This document shows positions 53,074 to 62,415 of a DNA stretch of 64,000 nucleotides, in pieces. Under the pieces are notes generated by a model, which saw nothing but the letters and a program-made list of their open reading frames with translations, did no database searches and was not told the origin of the DNA. The stretch spans positions 1,307,206 through 1,371,205 of the forward strand of contig CP066694.1 in the NCBI GenBank assembly GCA_016432545.1, read 5' to 3'. Origin of the DNA: an archaeon. Lineage in GTDB: Archaea; Thermoproteota; Nitrososphaeria; Nitrososphaerales; Gagatemarchaeaceae. How positions within the stretch are numbered: position 1 is the first letter of the stretch; every line of letters begins with the position of its first letter. A program made the translations under genes and the position numbers.

Positions 53074-55118
53074 GTCCACTTTATCTTGATCCGGAGCTTG
53101 GTTGGGAGTATCTTCCTGAAGGGGACCCCTGTCCCTCCGTAGAACTTCGTGAAGAACTCATAGAGATGGAGCCTGAGGTCCTGGACGTACACTATGAACG
53201 CCTCGAAGGCTAGGATCAGCAGGTTGAGGATGACCCACGGAACTATGTACGCCGGGTTGTTCCAGGGCTGCATCAGGTTGATGATCAGCAGCAGAGCCGC
53301 ATGCACGAGGAGCATCACCGCCAGTCTCACGTAAGAAATCGTGTTGGACATGAACTGAGAAATCCTCTCGAAGACTTCCAGGCCGCCTTCTGAGAGCGCG
53401 CCTAGGACCGATCCCTTCAGCTTCCCCGTAGCCACCGCGACGCTCTTCCCCGCGAAGAGGACGAGCATGGACGGCAAAAGGATCGCCAGAGAGACGCCTC
53501 CAAGGACGTTGTTCGGGATCCCGAGAAGCTGGTTCGGAACCGTGCTCTTGAAGACGTCGAAGCTGAATCCCACCCCTATGAAGGCGAGGCCGTAGCCCAC
53601 CCCTGACAGATACATCGTGAGCACAGGGACCTTCTCAAGCAGCAGCTCCATCCTGTCTCCCTCCTTCAGCCCCTGATAGATGCTGAGCGACAGCGCCGTC
53701 GTCAGATGGACGATCCCAATCAGGAAGCTGGCCACCAGCACCAGGTTGACTCCGGCAAAGGGCGTTGGAAGGAAGTTGAACGTGTCGACCGCGCCGGCAG
53801 TCCTGCGGATTATCTCCACCGACGCCGGAATCGGGACGAAGTTGTACAGGGAGAATTCGAAGAACTCTCCGAAGACCACCCCGAAGACTGTCGCAGAAAT
53901 CCCGGAGACCAGGAAAATGTTCGCCCACTGCCTCATGTTGCCGTTGCTCCTCTGCCTGACGAAGAGCATGAAGATCGTGAGGAGCAGGCCGTGCCCGACG
54001 TCCCCGAACATCATCCCGAAGAAGATCGGGAAGACCAACGAGACTATCGGAGTCGGGTCTACCTCGACTCCTCCCGGAATCCCCTGCTCATTGGTTATGG
54101 GCTGGAAGAGGCTGAGGCCCGGCCTGTTAACGACCAGCGTGGGCACCTTCTCTCCCTCCTGATGCCCTTTCACCGGCTCGGAGTGGCAGATCCACCTGCC
54201 GAACGCCTCCCTGGCCGCCTCCTCCCTCCTGGCGGGTATGTACCCGGAGATCGTGGCGAGGCGCTTCATTCCTCCCGAGACCCTCGCCTCGTCGAGCATC
54301 TCCCTGGCCGCCTCCGACAGCTCGCGGACCGCAAGGAGTTCCGACCCGTCCTTCTTCCTGATCTCCGACATCCCCTCCTCCGCCTTGGACTTCTCGACCC
54401 TTGCGGTCTCGAGCCTCGCCGTGACCTCCTTGAAGGCCTCCGACGGGTTCTGGGAGAATTCTCCCGGGATCAGCAGCGGCTTCAACTCAAGGACCTTCAG
54501 GGTCTTGTCGAGCTTTCCCTCGTCCTCTTTCCGCACGGCCGCAAGGATCAGGACCGACTCCTTCGAAATCTGTTGCGTCCTCAAGATCGCCTCTGGCAGA
54601 GAGCTTCGGAGTTCCTCGAGCCTCGCAGCCTCCACGACCGTAAGGACCGCCTTGAGCCTGTGGAGCCCGCTCATCCCCCCGATGTTCGCTGAGAACTTCG
54701 ACAGTGCCTGGAGGGCGTCGATCAGGGTGTGGGCGTCTGCCTCATCCTTGACCGCCTTCTGAAGCTGGGTCTTTTGCCTCTTGACCTCCTCAAAGACCCC
54801 GTCCATAGACTGTTCTGCCGAGTCCATCAGCCCCCTCCATGTGGCTGCCTCTACCTCTTTCCTCTCGACCTTCTCCCCCCTGAAGACGATGTCGATCTGC
54901 CCGGGCATCAGCTTGAGGTCGAGGTCCTTCACGGCCTGGTCGGACTGCGCGAAGAGCCTCACAGCCTTGACAGTCAGTTCCTGAATCGCCGGGTCGAAGT
55001 TCGAGGCCGCCGCCTCGATGGGATGGAAGTCCTCGAACTTGGCCAGCGCCTTCACGACGTCGCTATATTCGCTCCTCGGGGAGATTATCGTGACCTTGGA
55101 AAGACGCGCGACTCCCAT
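53070..55118 (-). CDS. atpI: A/V-type ATP synthase subunit I
   Basis: FFGMMFGDVGHG; SNTISYVRL; RLHLYEFFTKF. Confidence 0.93.
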   Translation of the reverse strand: MGVARLSKVTIISPRSEYSDVVKALAKFEDFHPIEAAASNFDPAIQELTVKAVRLFAQSDQAVKDLDLKLMPGQIDIVFRGEKVERKEVEAATWRGLMDSAEQSMDGVFEEVKRQKTQLQKAVKDEADAHTLIDALQALSKFSANIGGMSGLHRLKAVLTVVEAARLEELRSSLPEAILRTQQISKESVLILAAVRKEDEGKLDKTLKVLELKPLLIPGEFSQNPSEAFKEVTARLETARVEKSKAEEGMSEIRKKDGSELLAVRELSEAAREMLDEARVSGGMKRLATISGYIPARREEAAREAFGRWICHSEPVKGHQEGEKVPTLVVNRPGLSLFQPITNEQGIPGGVEVDPTPIVSLVFPIFFGMMFGDVGHGLLLTIFMLFVRQRSNGNMRQWANIFLVSGISATVFGVVFGEFFEFSLYNFVPIPASVEIIRRTAGAVDTFNFLPTPFAGVNLVLVASFLIGIVHLTTALSLSIYQGLKEGDRMELLLEKVPVLTMYLSGVGYGLAFIGVGFSFDVFKSTVPNQLLGIPNNVLGGVSLAILLPSMLVLFAGKSVAVATGKLKGSVLGALSEGGLEVFERISQFMSNTISYVRLAVMLLVHAALLLIINLMQPWNNPAYIVPWVILNLLILAFEAFIVYVQDLRLHLYEFFTKFYGGTGVPFRKILPTKLRIKIKWT

Positions 55119-55248
55119 GGCCGTACTTTTTCAGGCGCGACCGCGTTCCGTTATTAAGCATGATGCGGGTCTTTGGAAACTCAAGAAGTCCGAATCCTGT
55201 AAAATCGTTATAAGAGGTCCGGCTCGGCTGGCCCAGAACAGTCCAGCC

Positions 55249-56301
55249 TTGTCGAGTAAGACCTACGTCGGAACCAAGGCCTTCGCGATCAGGGGAACTC
55301 TGTTAGACGCCGGGTCAGTCCAGAAGCTCAGCGAAACCACCTCCCTCGAGGAGCTGGTCAACCGCCTCAGGAGTACCCCGTATGCCGAGTCTCTTTCAAA
55401 CCTCGGGCAGCCATACTCTGCACGACGGATCGAGCTCGCGCTCAGGGAGCGGCTCGCAACTGTCCACCACTCCATCACTCTTGGAGCAGGGAGGTACCGT
55501 ATCCTGCAGCAATACTATCTCAAGAACATCGCCTGGGACCTCAAGCTCGCGCTGAAGTCGAGGGCTCTGGGAAAGTCCTACGACGAATCTGTCGAGTACC
55601 TGGACATGAAGGCCGAGGAGCTGGTGGGACGACGAGACCTGATGGCGAAAGTACTGGCGGCGAAGGACGTCAACGAGGCAGTCTCCATGCTCTCGGGCAC
55701 AGAGTTCGCCTCCGATGCCGAGAGAGCACTCTCGAGCTACTCATCGAAGGGGGAGATCAGGTTCTTTGACGTCTTCCTCGACCACGCCGTCCTCTCCGCC
55801 ATATCGAGGGAGTACTCCCTAAACCCAAGGCTCTACTCCGCCAAGGCTGCGGATGCGAAGGGAGTTGCCGACATCGTCTCAATCGACGTCGACGCCTACA
55901 ACGCAGTGGGCATCCTGCGCTCCAAGCTATGGGGCCTGAAGGACTCTGACATCCAGGAGCTCATAGTCAGTCCGACCGGGCGCATCTCGAGGGACACACT
56001 CTCTGCGATGATCGCGGCCGAGTCCCCTGCCGAGGCGGTCAAGCTGATCGAGTCCTCATACCGCTTCCAGCTCCAGGCAGCGAAGGGCGACGAGGAGCTC
56101 ATAGACATGGTGGAGGACTCCTTTGCCCGCGAACTCAAGACCACCGCCACCCTGGCCTTCGTCTGGCAGGGCCTCAGCCCCGGGACGATCCTGGCTCTGA
56201 TCAAGCTGTTGGAATTCGAGGTGAGCAACATCGCCGCCATCGCGATAGGAGTCGAAGCAGGAATCGACCCGAAGAAGATACTCTCGAAGTTGAGAAACTA
56301 G
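55249..56301 (+). CDS. atpC: A/V-type ATP synthase subunit C
   Basis: All-helical subunit-C pattern; C-terminal EVSNIAAIAIG; next to atpI and atpK. Confidence 0.85.
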   Translation: MSSKTYVGTKAFAIRGTLLDAGSVQKLSETTSLEELVNRLRSTPYAESLSNLGQPYSARRIELALRERLATVHHSITLGAGRYRILQQYYLKNIAWDLKLALKSRALGKSYDESVEYLDMKAEELVGRRDLMAKVLAAKDVNEAVSMLSGTEFASDAERALSSYSSKGEIRFFDVFLDHAVLSAISREYSLNPRLYSAKAADAKGVADIVSIDVDAYNAVGILRSKLWGLKDSDIQELIVSPTGRISRDTLSAMIAAESPAEAVKLIESSYRFQLQAAKGDEELIDMVEDSFARELKTTATLAFVWQGLSPGTILALIKLLEFEVSNIAAIAIGVEAGIDPKKILSKLRN

Positions 56302-56373
56302 AAAACTCGGCCTCCGACGATTTTTCTCGTCAATCTTTATAAGCGGTATTTCGGGGCATTTCTTCGTCGACAG

Positions 56374-56685
56374 ATGCGCCGCCTCTCCATGATTCTCCTC
56401 CTGGCAGCATTCGTCATGTTCCTTGCGGCAGCGCTACCGAACCCGGCGGCAGCACAGACCCCTGGCACGACTTCGAGCGGTGAGAAGTTCCTTGCAGCAG
56501 GGATCGCTTTCGGCCTGGCAGCCCTCGGCGCCGGCGTGGGAGTCGGTACCTCAGGCTCTGCGGCCATCGCCGCAGTCACTGAGAAGGCTGAGGTCAGGAC
56601 GACGGCCCTCATCTTCGTGGTGCTCGCCGAGGCGATTGCGATCTACGGATTCGCGATAGCTTTCATCATCCTAGGCCAGTCCTAG
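56374..56685 (+). CDS. atpK: A/V-type ATP synthase proteolipid subunit K/c
   Basis: GLAALGAGVGVG; LAEAIAIYG. Confidence 0.93.
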   Translation: MRRLSMILLLAAFVMFLAAALPNPAAAQTPGTTSSGEKFLAAGIAFGLAALGAGVGVGTSGSAAIAAVTEKAEVRTTALIFVVLAEAIAIYGFAIAFIILGQS

Positions 56686-56713
56686 AGTCTCCTCGCAGCG
56701 TATTGTTCAGAGG

Positions 56714-57571
56714 TCAGTATTTCCGCTGGACTGTAAACTCTGCCAGTTCCTCGAGGAAAAGGGTCGCTGGGCTCCTTCGGAGGACAAGCAGCTGCCGCTT
56801 CGCCTCCTCCGCGTACGTCTGCGCTAGGGCAGTCATCTTTCCTACGACTTCGCTTTCGCTGTGGGTCTTGAGCAAGCCCGCTGCGATCTTGTCCTTAGAC
56901 CTCCAATCCAGCAGGTCGTCTCTCAGCTGGTAAGCCCTGCCCACGCTCCTGCCGTAGTCGGCCAGGGCGCCCACTTCCTTCTCCGACCCACCCGCAATCA
57001 GGGCCCCGAGTTTGGTCGAGGTCTCGAAGAGCGCCGCGGTCTTGTCAGTGATTATCCTGAGGTACTCGTCCCACGTCAGCCTGTAGATTTCGGGGTCGAT
57101 CGTAAGCTCCGAGTACTCGCCCTCTGCCATGTGCAGGGCCGCGTTGCTCACCTCCTCCGCGATGCGCCTGTCGTCGTACCTCGCCGCAATCGCAAGTATC
57201 ATCGCGAATACGAAGTCCGCGCTCAAGAGAGAAGCGCTGTACCCGTACTTCACGTGGAACGGAATCTTGGACCTCCTCGCCACTTCCTCGTCGATGACGT
57301 CGTCATGGATGATGGACTCGGTGTGCAGGAGCTCGACCGCGACCGAAGCCCCGAGGACGCTATCGTCCTTGCGCCCGAGAGCCTCAGCCGAGAGCATCAG
57401 CATGACAGGCCGCACTCTCTTTCCTCCCTCGATCGCATACACGAGAGGGTCGTGGAACCTCGAGTTCGCATAGAGCTTGAGTTCCCTGGCGAGGGCGGCG
57501 TCGACCCTCTCCCCATAGGCCTTCATCCGGGCCTCAATCGACCCCAGGGACGTCGCCTCGTGAGAATCCAA
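56714..57571 (-). CDS. Polyprenyl diphosphate synthase
   Basis: GGKRVRP; HDDVID..RR; YQLRDDLLD. Confidence 0.9.
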   Translation of the reverse strand: MDSHEATSLGSIEARMKAYGERVDAALARELKLYANSRFHDPLVYAIEGGKRVRPVMLMLSAEALGRKDDSVLGASVAVELLHTESIIHDDVIDEEVARRSKIPFHVKYGYSASLLSADFVFAMILAIAARYDDRRIAEEVSNAALHMAEGEYSELTIDPEIYRLTWDEYLRIITDKTAALFETSTKLGALIAGGSEKEVGALADYGRSVGRAYQLRDDLLDWRSKDKIAAGLLKTHSESEVVGKMTALAQTYAEEAKRQLLVLRRSPATLFLEELAEFTVQRKY

Positions 57572-57635
57572 CGGTCCTCTGGAAAAATTGCCGCTGAATA
57601 TTCTATATAATGTTTCATCGTTTGAGGGGTCCAAC

Positions 57636-58340
57636 TTGCAAGCATTCCGACTACACCTGATTCGACTGAGAGAACGCCACTACATCCTCCTTCCAAAGCT
57701 CAACGCCGTCCAACGAACCCAGCTCGCAGAACACCTCCGCGATTCCGGCTTCCGCGTGACCGGAAGTGCGAGGCTCACAGCTTCGAACAGGGCCCAGACC
57801 ATCCACGTCGAGCCTGCCGGGTACTGTTGGTCCAGGGAGGACCCCTCCGACGCGGTCGCCCCGGCGATCCCGGGACTCCTCGGCTGCCCAAAGGAGAGGA
57901 TCAGCACGCAGGGCCTGAAGGACCTCTACCTGAGCTTCGGGATGGCAGAAGGCAGGAGGATCGCAAGAATCCGTACAAGGCTCGAGTGTTCCCCGACTTG
58001 GGGCGACCTTCGAAGAGCTGGGGAGTGCGCCCTCACACCCGACGAGCGCGCTCTCGCGCTGATGCTGAGGTCGTCGCCGCCGGGGACCTACTTGACTGAC
58101 TTCGCGGGCGAAACAGGCAGGCCCGTGAGTGTGGGAAGGAGGAGGTACTATGAAACGATGCTCAACGAACCAGAGCTTCGGTCGACCCTCCGCTCTGCGG
58201 GGGAACAGAAGCCACGCAATTCCTACCTACTTGAGCGGGGGGTCTTCGTTGGGATGTCTGACCGAACTAGCCTCGGCAACCGAGCAGAGGTCATGAGGAT
58301 GCTGGGCGATTGGTGCCCCTACGAGCTGGAGGGTTCCTGA
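57636..58340 (+). CDS. Hypothetical protein
   Basis: Open frame divergent from the prenyl synthase across a shared TATA-rich spacer. Confidence 0.55.
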   Translation: MQAFRLHLIRLRERHYILLPKLNAVQRTQLAEHLRDSGFRVTGSARLTASNRAQTIHVEPAGYCWSREDPSDAVAPAIPGLLGCPKERISTQGLKDLYLSFGMAEGRRIARIRTRLECSPTWGDLRRAGECALTPDERALALMLRSSPPGTYLTDFAGETGRPVSVGRRRYYETMLNEPELRSTLRSAGEQKPRNSYLLERGVFVGMSDRTSLGNRAEVMRMLGDWCPYELEGS

Positions 58341-58391
58341 AAGGTGCCGTTGGAGAAAGGCATTAAGGCCCAGCGGGTGGAGGGCGCGACA

Positions 58392-58500
58392 GCCCCGGTA
58401 GTATAGAGCCAGAGTGTGTACAATCCGGTCAACTCTTACGAGGCCGAGAGTATGCTGGCCTTTCGAGTCGGCGACCCGGGTTCGAATCCCGGCCGGGGCA
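58392..58500 (+). tRNA. tRNA-Glu(TTC) with two 17-nt D-loop introns
   Basis: GCCCCGG acceptor stem; CTTTCGA anticodon loop; GGTTCGAATCC. Removing two BHB-flanked inserts gives a 75-nt tRNA. Confidence 0.88.
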
Positions 58501-58676
58501 CACAACTACATGAGACAGACTCGAAACTGAAAGACTTGTAGGATTCGAACCTATAACAGGTCCAGAACCGGAGACCGTACGCTAACCTTTTCCGGAGCAT
58601 CGGAGTCAGAGAGGAAGAAGGCAATTTTTCCCAGATACTAACTTTTATAGACGTCTAACCTATTGGAAGGCTCAAC

Positions 58677-59108
58677 TTGCCGAGTAAGCCCATCGAAGAT
58701 ACGCTGAGTTTCAAATTTGTGAAATTGGTAAGGGCCCATAGGGATCGGATCGCAAGTTCGCTAAGAGATTTGCATCTCTATCCAGGTCAGGAGCTGATGC
58801 TTTCCCAGCTCTGGAAAAAAGAAGGCCTGAATCAGAGCGAACTTGCTGCGACGTGTGGACTAGAACCTCCGACAATCACAAAGGTGCTAGAACGAATGTC
58901 GGGCGCGGGTTTGGTTCAGGTGAAACCCGACCCTGATGACAAGAGGGTTCGCCGTGTCTACCTAACGGATAGGGGCCGTGCATTGAAGAACGAGGTAAGA
59001 GACCTCTGGTCCTCAGTCGAGGGTCAGCTCCTGAGAGGTTTCAACAAGAAGGAACGCGACGCGCTGCACGATTTCCTCAACAGGATGCGCGATAATATTG
59101 CACAGTGA
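58677..59108 (+). CDS. MarR-family regulator
   Basis: LNQSELA...DPDDKRVRRVYLTDRG. Confidence 0.92.
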   Translation: MPSKPIEDTLSFKFVKLVRAHRDRIASSLRDLHLYPGQELMLSQLWKKEGLNQSELAATCGLEPPTITKVLERMSGAGLVQVKPDPDDKRVRRVYLTDRGRALKNEVRDLWSSVEGQLLRGFNKKERDALHDFLNRMRDNIAQ

Positions 59109-59147
59109 CGCGTCTTTGACGCCACACAGTCTGCCACCAAGAGATGC

Positions 59148-59184
59148 TTAGCCGGCTAAACATTTAAGTAGTTAGCCGTCTAAC
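59148..59184. promoter_or_regulatory. Putative MarR operators
   Basis: TTAGCCGGCTAA and GTTAGCCGTCTAAC flank the TTTAAG box; a related TAGACGTCTA lies at 58648-58657. Confidence 0.7.
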
Positions 59185-59187
59185 CTT

Positions 59188-60702
59188 ATGTCAATGGAAA
59201 GCAACTCGCACGCACGCAGAATGGCATCTGTTTCAGTCGAGCAGGGCGCACCAGCCCAGACGAAACCTGCCTCATCACCACGGCTGTCCCTCATCCTCAC
59301 GCTGCTCGTCGTAGCGCAGTTCGTTGTCGTCCTCGATTTTTCGATAGTCCAGATAGCCCTGCAGACGATGCGCACCGAACTCGGGATATCCCTGGCCGAC
59401 ACCCAGTGGATAGTGAGCGCCTACGGCCTCACCTTCGCGGGCTTCCTTCTCCTCAGCGGTCGCGCCTCCGACCTCTACGGGCGCCGCAAGCTCTTCAGCA
59501 TCGGGTTGGTCGTCTTTGCGCTTTCATCACTGGTGGGGGGTCTGGCCCCCTCGGAAGCCGTCCTCATCGGCGCTAGGGCCGTCCAGGGGATAGGGGCCGC
59601 GATAGCTTCGGCGACGGGCCTATCCTTGCTCGTCGTCACCTTCCCAGAAGGGCGCGAAAGGAACCGCGCCCTCAGCATCTTCGCGGCCGTCTCCTCCGCT
59701 GCTTACGCCGCCGGTGTAATCCTGGGAGGCCTACTCACCGCGACCCTGGGCTGGAGATCCATCTTCTTCGTGAACGTCCCCATTGGAATTGTGACCGCCG
59801 TCATGGCTACCCGATTCCTCGTTGAGAGCCGAGGAGATCTCTCCCAAAGACGGCTCGACCTCCCCGGCGCGCTCTCTGTGACCGCGGGACTCTTGATACT
59901 CATCTACGCTCTTACCAATGCGGCGAACCAGGGCTTGTTTTCCCTGCTGGCACTCGCGCCTCTCGCCCTCTCCGCCGTCGTACTTGCAAGTTTCCTCGTA
60001 ATCGAGCACAAATCGAGCGCCCCGCTCATGCCACTGTCCTTCCTCCGGCGCGGGGCCATCTTCAGCGCGAACGCGCTCGCGATGCTTACCTTCGCAGCGA
60101 TGACTGCGATGCTCATCCTCCTGACAATCTACCTCCAACAGATTCAGGGATACTCTGCCCTCTCGGCCGGGCTCGCCTTCCTGCCTACCGCCCTGGTCTT
60201 CCTCTTCGTGGGAGGCTACCTCTCTGCGAAGCTCGTCAGCCGCTTCGGCGCAAAGCCCGTCCTTTTCGTCGGCATGACGATAATGGCGGCCGGCTTCCTC
60301 CTGCTCGACCAGCTCACGGTCGGGACCCCTTATCTCACCGGGCTGCTACCTGAGATGCTCGTCGTCTCACTGGGAGCCGCCCTGACCTACACGGCCTTCT
60401 ACATAGCGGGGCTGAGCGGCGCGAGGAAGGGCGAGGAAGGTCTCGCGTCAGGGCTCATCAACACCTCTATGCAGGTCGGAGGTCCCATCGGCCTTGCGAT
60501 AGCCGTGACCATAGTCGGCGTCGTGGTGGCCGGTCTGGGGGGGTCCGTGACACCCGGAGCCGCGACCGTCGAGGGCTTCCGGTATGCCTTCCTAGGGGGC
60601 GCGGTGCTCTCCGGCATGGGAATAATCTTCGCTTTGCTCATCAGGAGCCCGAAGACAGTCGTCGTGCCCAGGGAGCCGTCTTTGGAGACGCCCTCTCCGT
60701 AG
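59188..60702 (+). CDS. MFS drug efflux transporter (DHA2-like)
   Basis: GRASDLYGRRK; WRSIFFVNVPIG. Confidence 0.92.
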   Translation: MSMESNSHARRMASVSVEQGAPAQTKPASSPRLSLILTLLVVAQFVVVLDFSIVQIALQTMRTELGISLADTQWIVSAYGLTFAGFLLLSGRASDLYGRRKLFSIGLVVFALSSLVGGLAPSEAVLIGARAVQGIGAAIASATGLSLLVVTFPEGRERNRALSIFAAVSSAAYAAGVILGGLLTATLGWRSIFFVNVPIGIVTAVMATRFLVESRGDLSQRRLDLPGALSVTAGLLILIYALTNAANQGLFSLLALAPLALSAVVLASFLVIEHKSSAPLMPLSFLRRGAIFSANALAMLTFAAMTAMLILLTIYLQQIQGYSALSAGLAFLPTALVFLFVGGYLSAKLVSRFGAKPVLFVGMTIMAAGFLLLDQLTVGTPYLTGLLPEMLVVSLGAALTYTAFYIAGLSGARKGEEGLASGLINTSMQVGGPIGLAIAVTIVGVVVAGLGGSVTPGAATVEGFRYAFLGGAVLSGMGIIFALLIRSPKTVVVPREPSLETPSP

Positions 60703-60726
60703 TCGCCCTCTGTCCCCGAACCGGAC

Positions 60727-61083
60727 ATGTCGGTCACGATGAGGAAGATACTGGTTCCTGTCGACGGCTCTGAGAACGGGGAACGGGCCGTAAGGACCGC
60801 AATCGGCTTCGCTAGGGACTACCACGCTGAGCTCGAGGTCCTGCGCGTGGTCCAATGTCCCTCCGGCGTGACCACCTCGAGCCCAAGGGACGGAGGGGCA
60901 GGGTCTGCGATTCTCAACGAACGTTACGATCACGCGGAGGTCTTTCTTGCGGCGAACGGGAAGACGCTAGACATCGAAGTCGAAGCTAGAGTCCTGACGG
61001 GCATCAGGGAAGGGTTTTATCAAACCCAAGAAGTCGTCGAGTGGTTGAGAGGTCATGGGATCAAACAATTCGTACGTCCCTGA
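60727..61083 (+). pseudogene. Truncated universal stress protein fused to an unrelated (Doc-like) C-terminus
   Basis: KILVPVDGSE USP start, but the USP GxxG C-terminal half is missing. Confidence 0.55.
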
Positions 61084-61159
61084 AGACGAGTTCCGAAGGC
61101 TCCTTTCGGAGATCATCGAGAGAGATAGACGGGTCTTCGAAGCCATCGGCAAACTCTGA
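61055..61159 (+). CDS. 34-aa peptide, antitoxin-like
   Basis: MGSNNSYVPEDEFRRLLSEIIERDRRVFEAIGKL, preceded by GAGGT. Confidence 0.4.
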   Translation: MGSNNSYVPEDEFRRLLSEIIERDRRVFEAIGKL

Positions 61160-61354
61160 GGGACGCAAGTTCCCAGTCCTCATACTAGACGCAGTCCCAA
61201 ACGGCACCCAGATGGTTGCTCCGTTCCCGACCGGGGCAAGCTCTTTCTGATGTTTCGTAGTCAAGGATGCAGGAAGTTCAATTTCATCCTGCCATGACAC
61301 ACTGACCCCGTCATCTCTTAAGAGGGGCTCCTGAAAGCATGAATTATTAGCAGG

Positions 61355-61750
61355 TTGGCAAGACATCGAGTGAGCTCCCGCAGAGGTCAGTCGCGAAAGC
61401 CCGCCGAGGCGCTAGCCGGTGAAGAAGGTGAACTGAAGCCGGAAGAGATGCTGAGGCGCCTGAGAGGCCTCCTTCCATATCTCAACGACTGGGACGGGTG
61501 GCAGAGAGAAGTCAACCGGCTGGAACGGAACATCATCACACTTCGGGCACACGGCTCTGTCAAACTGGCGAAGACTCTTGAGAGTGGCCTGCCCGCTCTG
61601 AGATTGGCCCTCGAGGAGGAGAGAGTCAATCATCAGTTCACCGTGAACCAATTCATGGCGGAACTTGATGAGCTGGATCGGAAACACAAGGTCGGAGACA
61701 AGCGACAGTCAGAAGACGAGCAGGTCGAGCCGGGCCGCCTCTTGGACTAG
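61355..61750 (+). CDS. Hypothetical helical protein
   Basis: 131-aa coiled-coil-like ORF. Confidence 0.5.
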   Translation: MARHRVSSRRGQSRKPAEALAGEEGELKPEEMLRRLRGLLPYLNDWDGWQREVNRLERNIITLRAHGSVKLAKTLESGLPALRLALEEERVNHQFTVNQFMAELDELDRKHKVGDKRQSEDEQVEPGRLLD

Positions 61751-61860
61751 GTTCCCATCGGGTACAGGCTGCGAGGCTTTTCTGTTGACTCGAGCCCCTA
61801 TGTCCATGCTCAAAGTCCGGGAGCACCGAGGGTCGAGGGGCACGCCTTTTCTCATCCTCC

Positions 61861-62331
61861 TTGGAGGGTCGCTCGTTGAGTGGATCCGTTCCAGAGGAAG
61901 ACAGGACTGTCGAGGACATGAAGGCAGCACTCAGTACTATTACAAAGATGAGGTCGGCCGGCGATCACGGAAGCGATCTCTTCTCGCTCTCGGTTTCGCT
62001 GTCGAGGATCGGCGCGGGGCTCGCGATGCACGCACTTGCGTATGTCGACTTCCATCGGATGGACGACGAACTTGGAGAAGGCAAGCTGGACCCGCGGCTC
62101 GTCCCAGTCGTGAAGATGTCTGTAGTCCTCGCTTCCCCCGAATTCTTCCCCGAGGCCGCTAAACATCTCGCTTCAGAACTCAAGAAACACCTGGCAAGTT
62201 TCGCGGAGGCCTTGGCTCGCGGCGACCTGGAGAAGTCCAAGTCGGAAAGCCATGCAGCGCACGAACTCTATCATGAGCTCCACACGAAGGTCGCCGATTG
62301 GCTAGAATTACAATCGTCGTCAGGATCGTAG
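61861..62331 (+). CDS. Hypothetical His-rich helical protein
   Basis: DFHRMDDEL...SHAAHELYHELH. Confidence 0.55.
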   Translation: MEGRSLSGSVPEEDRTVEDMKAALSTITKMRSAGDHGSDLFSLSVSLSRIGAGLAMHALAYVDFHRMDDELGEGKLDPRLVPVVKMSVVLASPEFFPEAAKHLASELKKHLASFAEALARGDLEKSKSESHAAHELYHELHTKVADWLELQSSSGS

Positions 62332-62415
62332 CGCGCTCTGGACACGGGGCGACTCTGAGGCTCTCCCCGGGGCACAAATTCCAAAGCCCGGACAGCGTTC
62401 AACGAGGCGTTGCAT

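Noticed and set aside
58537..58555. T-arm-like hairpin (GGTTCGAATCC on the minus strand) after tRNA-Glu
   Set aside because: No acceptor, D or anticodon arms fold around it, and its stem differs from tRNA-Glu, so it is neither a tRNA nor a clear att site.
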